The notes beneath the pieces were generated by a model. That model ran no database searches. It saw nothing but the letters and a program-made list of their open reading frames with translations, and had not been told where the DNA came from. Shown in pieces: positions 27,854-37,807 of a stretch of DNA of 64,000 nucleotides (positions are counted from its first letter, which is position 1; every line of letters begins with the position of its first letter). The stretch is from Planctomycetes bacterium UBA1146. GTDB lineage: Bacteria > Planctomycetota > UBA8108. The DNA lies in contig CAUZHA010000005.1 of NCBI GenBank assembly GCA_963579555.1, positions 9,938-73,937 of the forward strand, in the 5' to 3' direction. The position numbers and the translations under genes were made by a program.

Positions 27854-29341
27854 TCAGGGCAGCCTGGAGGCCAGGTCCGATTCGATACGGGAGTGTTCCG
27901 TCTGGCCCGCAAGGTTCTTCCATTCGTTCGGATCCTTCGACAGGTCGTAGAGCTCCCGGGTTCCATCCTCGTAGCGAATCAGCCGCCAGGAACGCGAGCG
28001 GACGGCGTGCCGGCCTTTCCCGAAGGTGGTGACCACCGCGCGTCCGGTGGCGGCCCCTGGATTGTCGAGGACTGGCCTGAGCGAGCGTCCATCCAGGCCC
28101 TTGCGTCCGGGCAACCCCGCCAGGTCGATGAGGGTGGGGTAGAGATCAAGCAGGCTGACGGGCTCGGGGCTTCGCTGTCCCACCCATTTTTTTACGCCTG
28201 GCTGACTGGCGGGCGGGACGATCACCAGGGGGACGCGTGTCGACCGTTCCCATCCGGTCCATTTTCCCCAATGCTGTTTTTCTCCGAGGTGCCACCCGTG
28301 GTCACTCCACAGAACGATCAGCGTATTCCCGGCGTGGGGCCCTTTTTCTAAAGCTTCAAGAAGCCGTCCGATCTGCGCATCGACAAAGGTGACACAGGCG
28401 AGGTAGGAGCGTACGGCCGCCTTCCACTGGGCATGTCTCAGGACGGTGGCGTGGGCGCCGGCCGTCACCGCCTCGAGGGCTGTCTTCCTGCCGGCATCCT
28501 CGAGGTCGTCAAGGTCTTTCTCTGCCGTCTGGGGCAGCGCGATAGAGTTCTCATGATAGCCTTCGAAATACTTTCGGGGGGCGAAGAGCGGTATGTGGGG
28601 GCGGTAGTAACCGACAGCGAGGAAGAAGGGTTTGTCTTTTTTCTTCCGAAGCCTTTCGCAGGCCCAGGCCGTTATTTTTCCATCTCCCATCTCATCGTCT
28701 GCGATATCAAAGGGGCCCCAGTCGAAGGATTCTCCCTTGGTCTCTTTCGGGGCGCGGTCGCTCGGCATGCGGTTGAGCGGCAGGACGATGGTCTTGCCGC
28801 CGAACTCGATGACGTGGCGCGGCTCTTTGCCTTTGCCTGGCAGCTCTTTTTTCGTATAGGTAACCTGTTTTTTGCTGAGGGGACTCCAGCGTTGCTCTGT
28901 GGAGAAGAACTTTTCAAACAGGCCGGAGCTGGCCTTGTGGAGCAGCTTTCCGGTGCCGAAGGTCGAATATCCATTCTTTGCGAAGTGCTGGGGCAGGTAG
29001 ACCAGCCCCGGTTTCTTTTTCTGTATGTTCTCTCCATTTCCATAGATGCCGGTGGTGGTCGGCAGGAGTCCGCTGAAGAGCGCCGCTCGAGACGGACCGC
29101 AGAGAGGCGCGGCGCAGTGGGCGTTGGTGAAGACGGTGCCGCGGGCGGCCAGGCGGTCCATGTTAGGCGTTCTGACCTGGGGATGTCCCCCGAGGAAGCC
29201 TACCCAGTCATTCAGGTCATCGATGGCGATGAAAAGGACGTTCGGCTGGCTGGCCGTCGCATCGCCTGAGGCCTGCGAGCTGAAGCCGCACGCCAACAAC
29301 GCGCTGGCCAGAAGGGCTGATCCGATCAGGTCCCTGGTCAT
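27854..29341 (-). CDS. Sulfatase (iduronate-2-sulfatase/choline-sulfatase-like S1)
   Basis: PNVLFIAIDDL, CGPSR formylglycine motif, GKLLH, RPH.P, SDHGWHLGEK; signal peptide. Confidence 0.93.
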   Translation of the reverse strand: MTRDLIGSALLASALLACGFSSQASGDATASQPNVLFIAIDDLNDWVGFLGGHPQVRTPNMDRLAARGTVFTNAHCAAPLCGPSRAALFSGLLPTTTGIYGNGENIQKKKPGLVYLPQHFAKNGYSTFGTGKLLHKASSGLFEKFFSTEQRWSPLSKKQVTYTKKELPGKGKEPRHVIEFGGKTIVLPLNRMPSDRAPKETKGESFDWGPFDIADDEMGDGKITAWACERLRKKKDKPFFLAVGYYRPHIPLFAPRKYFEGYHENSIALPQTAEKDLDDLEDAGRKTALEAVTAGAHATVLRHAQWKAAVRSYLACVTFVDAQIGRLLEALEKGPHAGNTLIVLWSDHGWHLGEKQHWGKWTGWERSTRVPLVIVPPASQPGVKKWVGQRSPEPVSLLDLYPTLIDLAGLPGRKGLDGRSLRPVLDNPGAATGRAVVTTFGKGRHAVRSRSWRLIRYEDGTRELYDLSKDPNEWKNLAGQTEHSRIESDLASRLP

Positions 29342-29609
29342 TATTATTCTCCCGACGGTTAGATGAAGGTCCAGAAGGACAGTTTCCATACACCGGGGCT
29401 CGTTCTCCAGTTAATAAAAAGGGTGCTATCCTGAGAGTACAAATTACCGGAGATGGGATTTATACTCAGGCTCTGGGCCTGCTGGATTGTCAGTCAGGGC
29501 AATTATTCAGAACCAAAGTCGGCTGCCGGGGTTCAAGTCCCCGCGTCATTTCGGCGCAACCGTACGCTGGCACTTTTAGGAGGCCGGATTTTTTCCCCGG
29601 ACCAGATCC

Positions 29610-31331
29610 ATGATCACCAGTTCTTCAGCTTGCAGCTTTCGTGCCGCGCACCGCGGCGCCTCTCCTTCCCGGGGCCTGGCCGTCCTGAGGTTACTGGTCG
29701 TCCTGGGGTTACTGGCCGCCGTGGCCTGGTTGCCGAGGCGTTTGCAGGCGCAGGAGAGCTTTGTCAGGGGAGATGCCAATGTCGATGCTTCCGTGGACCT
29801 CAGCGATGGGGTGCTCATCCTGCAGTATCTTTTCCAGGGAGGGCGGCAGCTTGACTGTCTCGACTCAGGCGATGCCGATGACAGCGGTAACCTTGACCTG
29901 AGCGATGCCGTCTACGATTTCAACTACCTGTTCCTCGGGGGAAGACCGCCGCCGGCTCCCTTCGCCGGCTGCGGTGAAGATCCGACGGCGGACGGCCTGG
30001 GTTGCGAGAGCTACGACCTCTGTGATGACAAGCCGCCGCCTCCTGTAAAGGGCGGGCGGAATATACTGGTCATCATCTCCGACGATCTGGGGGCGGACTC
30101 CGCCGCCTGCTACGGAGATGCGGGAGCTTTCGCTGCGACTCCGAATATCGAATCGCTGTGTCAGAGCGGCGTGGTTTTTCGAAACGTCTGGGCGAATCCT
30201 CTCTGTTCGCCTACCAGGGCCTCGATGTTGACCGGCCGCTATGGTTTCAGGACCGGCGTCGGCAACCTGGTGAACAACAACGGCGGAGGCCTGCCGAATT
30301 CGGAATTCACGATTCCCGAGGCGCTGGATGCCAATCCCGACCTGGGCTACGCCCATGCCTGCATCGGGAAATGGCATCTCAACGACAACTCCAATGGAGG
30401 CAACCGCCATCCGAACCTGGCCGGGTTTTCCCATTATTCCGGCGGTCTGCGCGGAGCGATCAGTGACTACAACTCCTGGCCGAAGGTGGTAAATGGCCAG
30501 CGGCGTAACGTGACCAATTATGCCACCACCGAGAACGTAGATGACGCGATCGATTGGCTCAACGCCCGGGATGGCCCCTGGTTCCTGTGGCTGGCCTTCA
30601 ATGCTCCCCATACTCCTCTGCATCTGCCACCTGAAGGACTTCACAGTCATGACAACCTGACAGGTACGGCCGCGGATATCGCCAACAGACCTCGGGAGTA
30701 CTTCGGGGCCATGATCGAGGCGATGGACAGCGAGATCGGCAGGCTGTGGGCTGCAATCGGCCCCGAGATGATGGCCAATACCGATGTCATCTATCTTGGC
30801 GACAACGGCACGGGCAGGACGAACGCTCCTGCGGGGATCTCAACCAGGTCCGGCAAGGGAAGCCTCTACGAGGGCGGGATCCATGTCCCCCTTGTCATCG
30901 CAGGGCCGAGCGTGGCCGATGGGGGCCGCGAGGTCGAAGGCCTGGTCGACCTGACCGATATTTACGCGACGGTCGTCGAGCTTGCCGGCGGCGATATGGA
31001 CAGCACCCTGCCGGCCGGGGTGGAGGTGGACTCCGTCAGCCTCCTGCCATACCTCGTTGACCCGCAGGCGGAGGATCTGCGCCCCTGGGCCTTTACCCAG
31101 CTCCTCGGCGAGGGAGGCCGGCCCGGCAACATGAACACCAGGGGGAATACGATCCGCGATGAGCGCTACAAGCTGATACGGTTCCTCAATGACACCGAGG
31201 AATTCTACGATCTGCAGGCTGACCCTCGGGAACGCAGCAATCTGGCCGCGGGAGCGCTCGTGGGCGATGAGCTGGCGCGATATGAGAACCTTGCCGCGAT
31301 CATGACTGACCTGCTCTCATCTGAAGAGTAA
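29610..31331 (+). CDS. Dockerin + sulfatase fusion
   Basis: FVRGDAN..DADDSG dockerin after signal peptide; NILVIISDD, CSPTR, GKWHL, GDNG. Confidence 0.9.
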   Translation: MITSSSACSFRAAHRGASPSRGLAVLRLLVVLGLLAAVAWLPRRLQAQESFVRGDANVDASVDLSDGVLILQYLFQGGRQLDCLDSGDADDSGNLDLSDAVYDFNYLFLGGRPPPAPFAGCGEDPTADGLGCESYDLCDDKPPPPVKGGRNILVIISDDLGADSAACYGDAGAFAATPNIESLCQSGVVFRNVWANPLCSPTRASMLTGRYGFRTGVGNLVNNNGGGLPNSEFTIPEALDANPDLGYAHACIGKWHLNDNSNGGNRHPNLAGFSHYSGGLRGAISDYNSWPKVVNGQRRNVTNYATTENVDDAIDWLNARDGPWFLWLAFNAPHTPLHLPPEGLHSHDNLTGTAADIANRPREYFGAMIEAMDSEIGRLWAAIGPEMMANTDVIYLGDNGTGRTNAPAGISTRSGKGSLYEGGIHVPLVIAGPSVADGGREVEGLVDLTDIYATVVELAGGDMDSTLPAGVEVDSVSLLPYLVDPQAEDLRPWAFTQLLGEGGRPGNMNTRGNTIRDERYKLIRFLNDTEEFYDLQADPRERSNLAAGALVGDELARYENLAAIMTDLLSSEE

Positions 31332-31444
31332 AGCAGGCTCTCGTTTCCAGAGGTGGAGAGGATTCGCGCTGTCCAAGCGTCCTTGTCTTGGGCAGAATGA
31401 CGCTCTGCGCGGCTCCACCATCAAACGCAACTGGTCATTGAACA

Positions 31445-32464
31445 ATGTCGTCCCTCCCTGACAAACAGATCCTGACAACCACCGTCGGTTCCTACCCCCT
31501 GCCTTCCTGGCTGCTTGCCGCACCATCGCAGGAGGCTGTGGCGGATGCCACGCGGGTCGTTTTCGATACCCAGCGCCAGGCTGGTATCGAGCTGCCGACC
31601 GATGGGGAGCTCTATCGCTTCGACCCCGGTCATCCGGACACCAACGGAATGATCGAGTACTTTGTCGCCCCCATGGCGGGAACCCGGACCGAGTTCGGCC
31701 GCAGCGAAACCGAGGAGTTTGCCGCACGGCAATCGATGGGCTTTCGGGTCCAACCTGCAGCTGTGGTTGACGGGGAATTAGGCGAAGGGAGCCTCGACCT
31801 GCTGGGAGACTGTGCGCGGGCGGCCGAGGTAGCCGGCGGAGCCTTCAAGTTCACTGTTACGAGTCCCTATATGCTTGCCCGCACCTTGCTGGATCGGCAC
31901 TACGGCGATTTTGAGAGCTTGCTGCTGGCGCTGGCCGGCGTGCTTTCACGGCAGGTTTCAGGCCTCTCCTGCTCCTGCCTGCAGATAGATGAAGCGAATA
32001 TCCCCGGCAACCCCGAGGACGGACCCCTCGCCGCCGCGGCAATCAACAAGGTCTTTGAGGGTGTCGACGAAGGAGTGGAGAAGGCGGTGCACTTCTGCTT
32101 TGGAAATTATGGAGGGCAGGTTATTCAGGATGGCACCTGGGGGAGCCTGGTCAGCTTCCTGAATGGACTGCAGGCGGACCATCTCGTTCTTGAGCTGGCT
32201 CATCGCCCTGAAGAAGACCTGGCCGCGCTCCGCGAGATCGATGAACGGCTCAAGATCGGTATCGGTGTGATTGACATCAAGGTCAACCATGTTGAGACAG
32301 CCGAAGAGGTCGCGGCCCGGATCGAGAAGGCCGCCGAGGTGCTGGGGGGCGACCGGATTCGGTTTGTTCACCCGGACTGCGGCTTCTGGATGCTCAAGCG
32401 GAGCGTCAGCGATAGAAAGATCGCGGCCCTGGCTAAGGGCCGCGATCTATTCCTCGGTATCTGA
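31445..32464 (+). CDS. Cobalamin-independent methionine synthase II family (core/catalytic-domain-only) protein
   Basis: TTVGSYP, PTDGE, QIDE, HFCFGNY, HPDCG Zn ligands. Confidence 0.85.
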   Translation: MSSLPDKQILTTTVGSYPLPSWLLAAPSQEAVADATRVVFDTQRQAGIELPTDGELYRFDPGHPDTNGMIEYFVAPMAGTRTEFGRSETEEFAARQSMGFRVQPAAVVDGELGEGSLDLLGDCARAAEVAGGAFKFTVTSPYMLARTLLDRHYGDFESLLLALAGVLSRQVSGLSCSCLQIDEANIPGNPEDGPLAAAAINKVFEGVDEGVEKAVHFCFGNYGGQVIQDGTWGSLVSFLNGLQADHLVLELAHRPEEDLAALREIDERLKIGIGVIDIKVNHVETAEEVAARIEKAAEVLGGDRIRFVHPDCGFWMLKRSVSDRKIAALAKGRDLFLGI

Positions 32465-32475
32465 TATCCCCCGGG

Positions 32476-33198
32476 TCAGGCTTCGCAGCCAGCCGCTGAT
32501 TCGCAGGGGAGGTCATCCGCCCCCATCTCCGTTGTTCCGCATTCCGGGAATGGGGCTGGAGGGACATCCCCTCCGTTGAAGAGGTAGTTGAGCAGGAAGA
32601 CCGAATCTGAAAGGTCCAGGGTCCGATTGCCTGTTGAGTCCGCCGCGGCCAGGCAGGCTGGAGCAGCTTCTCCCATGAAAAGATGAGAAAGAATGAAGAC
32701 CGCGTCGGTCAGGTTGACCTGCGTATCGTCGTTGGCATCTCCGCGGACGAAGCGGGTCTCCTCCCGTTGGAGGGAGACGCATTCCCCTTCGAGTACGTCG
32801 AGGGGTTGTCCGCCGGGGCCGGCGAGAATCACGTTTTCCAGGCACCCCTCGCTGCCGGTGAGCTCCGCGAAGGTGATCACCAGGAGGACTCCATCCGTAT
32901 GGGGGACGCTATCGCCGGCCATGGAAAAACCGAGCACCCGATTGTCGCTGAAGAATACGTCGAAGCCGGCTTCCTCGGAAAGTCCGCCGGAGATCTCGGC
33001 AATCGTGAACCCGGTAACGTCAAACTGGAAGCCTCGAACGGGCTGGGATGACTCGAGGATGATCTCGACGGTATACGCCTCGAAGTCCACCTCGCCTACG
33101 CAGAGACTGACGGTGGCCTTCGCCGTGGCCGGAAAGGCGGCCGCAAAAAGAGAAAAACAGAACAACAGCGCTTTGGTCCTGGCTGTCATGATGAGCAT
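32476..33198 (-). CDS. Secreted cohesin-like domain + dockerin protein
   Basis: Signal peptide; VRGFQFDV..VLGFS..GVLLVITF cohesin-like pattern; FVRGDAN dockerin; start 33198 or 33189. Confidence 0.75.
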   Translation of the reverse strand: MLIMTARTKALLFCFSLFAAAFPATAKATVSLCVGEVDFEAYTVEIILESSQPVRGFQFDVTGFTIAEISGGLSEEAGFDVFFSDNRVLGFSMAGDSVPHTDGVLLVITFAELTGSEGCLENVILAGPGGQPLDVLEGECVSLQREETRFVRGDANDDTQVNLTDAVFILSHLFMGEAAPACLAAADSTGNRTLDLSDSVFLLNYLFNGGDVPPAPFPECGTTEMGADDLPCESAAGCEA

Positions 33199-33527
33199 GC
33201 TCCTATTATCCGCGGAACTCGCTCCCCAGAATGCGAGTTCCTGTTGCGGTACTGAACTAAGCCCGGCGACCGGCTTTGCTGCCAACAACCCCGGTCCACC
33301 GAATTGTACTGCCGCAGCGGTGTTTGCATCAATTAAATGGTCAGATTCGTTTTTTTTCGCGTTTCCATAGGGTTTTGTGCTCTGGGGGAGCGGTCGGTAG
33401 AATGGTAAGCTGATTTTACGATAGGCCGGTTTACCAGCAGGCCGGGCGGAATCCAGATTTTCCGGACCGAGCTGAGGTTTTTTCCGCATCCTTATTTTTC
33501 TTTCGCGGTCGCAAGACCCCTTGATTC

Positions 33528-36500
33528 ATGGCACATCCTGAAGACCAACTCGTGGGCAGGGTTCTGGGGGGCTACAGGATTGATGAGCTCCTGTCTAGTG
33601 GCCCCATGGGCAAGATCTACAAGGCCTTTCAGCTCAGCGTTGAGCGCTATGTCGCCCTGAAATTCCTGGCCTCGGCCCTGCGTGGGAAGAAGGCGGTGGC
33701 CGAGGCGTTTGTCGAGGGCGCCAGGGTTGCGGCGAGCCTGAATCATCGAAACATCGTCAGGGTCCATGATGTCTGTACTGAGGAGGGCTATCTCTTCTAC
33801 AGCATGGAATACGTGGCTGGCGGGAGTTTTCGCGACAGGATCAGCCAGAAACGCCTGCCGGTCTCGGCCTGGTCCGAGGTTCTCTGGGGAGTCAGCTCAG
33901 GGCTTCTCCATGCAGAGCAGAATGGAGTTTTTCACCCCCAGCTGATTCCAGAACATTTCCTGTTCAGCGAGACCGGAGAGGTCAAGATCCTCAACCTGGG
34001 ACTGTCGGCCTCGATGGCGCCGATCAGGAGGAAGCTTGGGGTTCGCTTCGCCGACTGGGTTTTTTATTCGGACCCGGCCGATCTCGACGGGGCCCCCGGG
34101 AACAGGCGGGGAGAAGTCTTTACCGCCGGTTGCAGTCTCTATCATGTCATGACGGGTGAGCCGCCTTTTCCGGGGAATTCAGTGGAGCAGGTCACAGCCC
34201 GCAAGGCCGGCAGGGACGTGGTTCCGCTTGTTGAGAGGTCGGCTTCGACCCCCCAGGAGATCTCTGCCATCGTGGGGAGAATGCTGGATCGAGACCCGGC
34301 CGCCCGCTTCGGAAACTTCACCGAATTAAACGCTGAGGTGGGGGAGCACTTCGGTCCCGAATCGGACGAGACGTCTTCCAGCAGGAAACTTCTCGTCGCG
34401 AAAGGCATCTTTCTGACCCTGGCCTTGTCTGGCTATCTTTTCTATAGAGGAGACGAGGATGTTGAGTCCGTTCCGCCACCTGAGTCGGAATCAGTCGCGA
34501 GGGTTTCTCCCGCGGATCCCGCGCCTGCGAATAAAGAGCTCCAGGCGGATTCTCCAGGGAGCAAACGTCTTCCCCCGGTTGCCAGGGAAATTCCGGAGAT
34601 CAAGACGGTCTCTTCTCCGGCCGAGAAGCCTTCCGGAGTTGCTGGGCCTTCGCCTCCACCTTCTGGACCGGACACGGTTCCTGCTGGGGCCTCCTCCATG
34701 AAGGCGGCCCTGGATTTTACAGGGCTGATCAAGAGAGGCGAAGACTGGAGGATCTTCCCGGGCAGGTCGCAGCCACCGGAGGGCTGGAACCAGGCTGATT
34801 TCGATGATTCCGGATGGGAGCTGAGCCCCTCGGGTTTCGGCTACAGCTCATCGGAGTCCGAGCTGACGACGGTGAATACTCGGCTCGAGAGCATGCGTAA
34901 GGAGAAGTATCTTACCCTCTATATTCGAAAATCCTTCGAGGTGAAGGAGCTTGATAAGGTCAAGAAGCTCAGGCTGAAGTTGCTCATCGATGATGGTTTT
35001 GTAGCCTATCTCAACGGTGTGGAGGTGCTGAGGCATCACATCAAGGCGAGTGCTCCCGCGTTTGACTATCCGGCTGACTATATTGAGCAGCCGGAGGGAG
35101 ATGAGAGGTTGTACGACCTGGGTAAACACCTTCGCCTGCTGCGCCCCGGGCGAAACGTATTTGCGATCCAGGGACACAACCAGAGCATCACCAGCACCGA
35201 TTTCGTCCTGTCGCCCGCTCTCGAGGTTCTCTCGCTGCGTCCACAGCTTTCCGCCGGGGAACGCGACGAGCTGGAGCTTGAGCTCGCGCTGAAGGCGGAG
35301 GAGCAGATCGGGGGCAATCTGAAGCTGCGGGAATATCGCAGAGCTCTATCGAGCATCCGTGATCTTGAGTTCCGTTTTAAAGGGAACTCCAGGCTGGAAG
35401 ACTGGAGAAAAAAAGTCCTGGCTGGTCTCGAGAGCGATCTCGAGGTCACCATCATGCGGGCTGAAAATCTTCTTGAGCTGGGTGAGTTTGCGCCGGCGCG
35501 AAAGCTTGTCGAGGAGCTGAACAGCAGGACTCCGCGCAGCTACAGGAAAAGAACCCAGCCGATCCTTGACGCTGTCTCTGTGAGCGAGGGGATCATCGAG
35601 GGCGCGGAGGAGACCATCGCGAAGGCTGAGGTGGCGGCCCTGGTCGCCATTGAGAAGGGCGACTATGTGGGCGGCGAAAAAATCCTCGATGGAATCCCGG
35701 AGGTCCCGGTCAAAACTTTGCGGGAGGGTATCGACAGGGTGAGGAAGGCTCTCGACCTGAGCCGCTGGGCCTGGGAAAAGATGTTGCTTGGCCTGCGAAC
35801 GTTCAGGGGCAAGAGGGATCTCCTGGTCGGATTTGAGCCGGCCGGGGAGGATGGAGTCGTTCCGTCCTGGTGGCTGCAGAGCTACAAGAAATCTGATTCC
35901 CACGAGGTCTCCGTAATTCTTCATAGCAAAGGGGGCTCTCCTCACCAGGGCGACCTTCTCGAGCTGCCACTGCCTGTGCTGCTGAGTTTTTTGCAGGCCG
36001 GCATGGACAGGCTCCCGCCTGGCGAGGTCGATGAGGTGGCTGCGCGTTATGGGGAGACCGCTGGAATGGTTGGTGTCCAGGTCCTGATTCTGTGCAGGAA
36101 GGGGCCCCGGGCGGCCTGGGACGCGCTGGGGAGAATCCCGGAGAAGGATCGGGCTGCTTTCCAGGATGGAATCAGCTACCTTGGGGGCAGATTGCTCCAG
36201 AGCAGCATTCTGCAGGCGGAGGCCTTCGTCCGGTTCGCCTCCCAGGATGATGGGGGACCGGACACTGCAGAGAATACAGACTGGGTGATCTATCTCCGGA
36301 GCATCGAGGATATTGTCCGGCGTCATCGAGGCCTTCCTTATTTCAAGGATTCCAGGGAGAAGCTGGCGGGTCTCTACTCCCTTGCCGCTGAAAAGAGCCT
36401 TGAAGCGCCCGGCTTGCAGGGGCTTGTCTCGGCGCAGGTGAAGGAGAAATACCTTGGAAAGAAGAAAGGTGTCGTACAGCTGAGCTATGATTTTTCGTCG

Positions 36501-37253
36501 GCCTCTCAGCTCGCGGATTTCATCACGTTGGACGGCTCCGCCAGCGTCGAGCAGGGGCACCTGGTGCTGAGCGGCGAATGTCGACTTCTTCACGGCAGTC
36601 CGTTCAGGAACGTGATTGAGGTCAAGCTGATTGCGACGGACTATGCGCCAACATCGCCGAGCATCAACATTGCCTTGTGGACCCGTGAGGGCGAGAAGAT
36701 CTCGGCCCAGGAGCCCATGGCGAATGAGAAGACCGAGGAGAACGCCAGGTACGGCATCAGCGCCGATGGGGCGGATATGCCAAATGACTACCTGGCCTTT
36801 TGTCTCGGGTATGACATGGGTAATGATTCTTTCATGGAGGTGGGCAATGCGAAGGCCGCATCGACCGCGCCGGCCTTCGCAATCGTCTCAGGCGCGCGAG
36901 GGGTGACTCTTCATATGGCCCATGGCGAAGGCACCTACTACACCTACTGGACCGAGTCTGTGGGTAACAGGCTGAAGGGGCGCCAGAATGTGACCCTCGC
37001 CCTCGGGCCCAAGGGGCTGGTCTGGACAAGCAACTCGCTCAAGCTGCATCGCATGGCTCTTCGAAAGAAGCCTGAGGCTCACAGCTGGCTCCTGCGAACC
37101 GAGGCTTCCGGCTCAGTCTCTCTTTTTACCAATGGCCGAGAAAACCGTTACGATTTTCTCAGCATCGAAGCCGAGCTTGATCCCGGGTGGCTGAAGACGG
37201 AGATCCAGCGAAAGATCGCTGCAGATTTTGCCGCGCTGTTGACGGGTAATTGA
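33528..37253 (+). CDS. Membrane-spanning Ser/Thr pseudokinase with large C-terminal region
   Basis: Kinase fold (VALK, NHRNIV, MEY, TGEPPF) but HPQLIPEH for HRDxKxxN and NLG for DFG; TM; DDSGW..GFGY..DDGFVAYLNG beta-sandwich. Confidence 0.8.
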   Translation: MAHPEDQLVGRVLGGYRIDELLSSGPMGKIYKAFQLSVERYVALKFLASALRGKKAVAEAFVEGARVAASLNHRNIVRVHDVCTEEGYLFYSMEYVAGGSFRDRISQKRLPVSAWSEVLWGVSSGLLHAEQNGVFHPQLIPEHFLFSETGEVKILNLGLSASMAPIRRKLGVRFADWVFYSDPADLDGAPGNRRGEVFTAGCSLYHVMTGEPPFPGNSVEQVTARKAGRDVVPLVERSASTPQEISAIVGRMLDRDPAARFGNFTELNAEVGEHFGPESDETSSSRKLLVAKGIFLTLALSGYLFYRGDEDVESVPPPESESVARVSPADPAPANKELQADSPGSKRLPPVAREIPEIKTVSSPAEKPSGVAGPSPPPSGPDTVPAGASSMKAALDFTGLIKRGEDWRIFPGRSQPPEGWNQADFDDSGWELSPSGFGYSSSESELTTVNTRLESMRKEKYLTLYIRKSFEVKELDKVKKLRLKLLIDDGFVAYLNGVEVLRHHIKASAPAFDYPADYIEQPEGDERLYDLGKHLRLLRPGRNVFAIQGHNQSITSTDFVLSPALEVLSLRPQLSAGERDELELELALKAEEQIGGNLKLREYRRALSSIRDLEFRFKGNSRLEDWRKKVLAGLESDLEVTIMRAENLLELGEFAPARKLVEELNSRTPRSYRKRTQPILDAVSVSEGIIEGAEETIAKAEVAALVAIEKGDYVGGEKILDGIPEVPVKTLREGIDRVRKALDLSRWAWEKMLLGLRTFRGKRDLLVGFEPAGEDGVVPSWWLQSYKKSDSHEVSVILHSKGGSPHQGDLLELPLPVLLSFLQAGMDRLPPGEVDEVAARYGETAGMVGVQVLILCRKGPRAAWDALGRIPEKDRAAFQDGISYLGGRLLQSSILQAEAFVRFASQDDGGPDTAENTDWVIYLRSIEDIVRRHRGLPYFKDSREKLAGLYSLAAEKSLEAPGLQGLVSAQVKEKYLGKKKGVVQLSYDFSSASQLADFITLDGSASVEQGHLVLSGECRLLHGSPFRNVIEVKLIATDYAPTSPSINIALWTREGEKISAQEPMANEKTEENARYGISADGADMPNDYLAFCLGYDMGNDSFMEVGNAKAASTAPAFAIVSGARGVTLHMAHGEGTYYTYWTESVGNRLKGRQNVTLALGPKGLVWTSNSLKLHRMALRKKPEAHSWLLRTEASGSVSLFTNGRENRYDFLSIEAELDPGWLKTEIQRKIAADFAALLTGN

Positions 37254-37807
37254 GCTTCTGCCGGGTTCGGTTGGGGATGAAAAATGACCGTGAGAAATAG
37301 AGTGCGTCGCGGTTTTTTGATCTTTAATCTTGGTATTAGTTTTAAAGAGAGACGGGGCGTCTCTCCGGCAGTGATGGGCTTGTTGACGCAGTCGGTTTTA
37401 TGGTCCGGTTCAGTTGGCCGGGCTGTGAGCGTAGAGTCAATCGATGAAATTGTGGCCTATTGCGCCCATTTTCATTGGAACTTGATGAGCCCGGGCTGGT
37501 TTACTTTGCCTTCCAGCAAGTTTTTAGAGCAGGGAGGGGGATGATCATTCGGATACTGAATCCGGTATGGAGTCGCTTCTGGGGTGCGTACGTTCGTACT
37601 CCGGAGTGATCGGCTTGAGCTGGCGAGAGAGCCAGGGCCAAACCGGGGTTCCGATAAGACTGATTGTTTTTTCTGCTTGTCCCAGTAGTCGGGCTTGCAG
37701 GCATTTGCCCGAAAACTTAGTATCTTGGTCTTGTAAACAACAGGATAGAGTTCGTTGGGTGTCTACAGAGGGTTTTCTCTGTCAATAAATGGAAGGAGAT
37801 TTCAGTA

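Noticed and set aside
33375-33450. tRNA-like start (gcggtcggtagaatggt)
   Set aside because: No cloverleaf, T-loop or acceptor stem could be built
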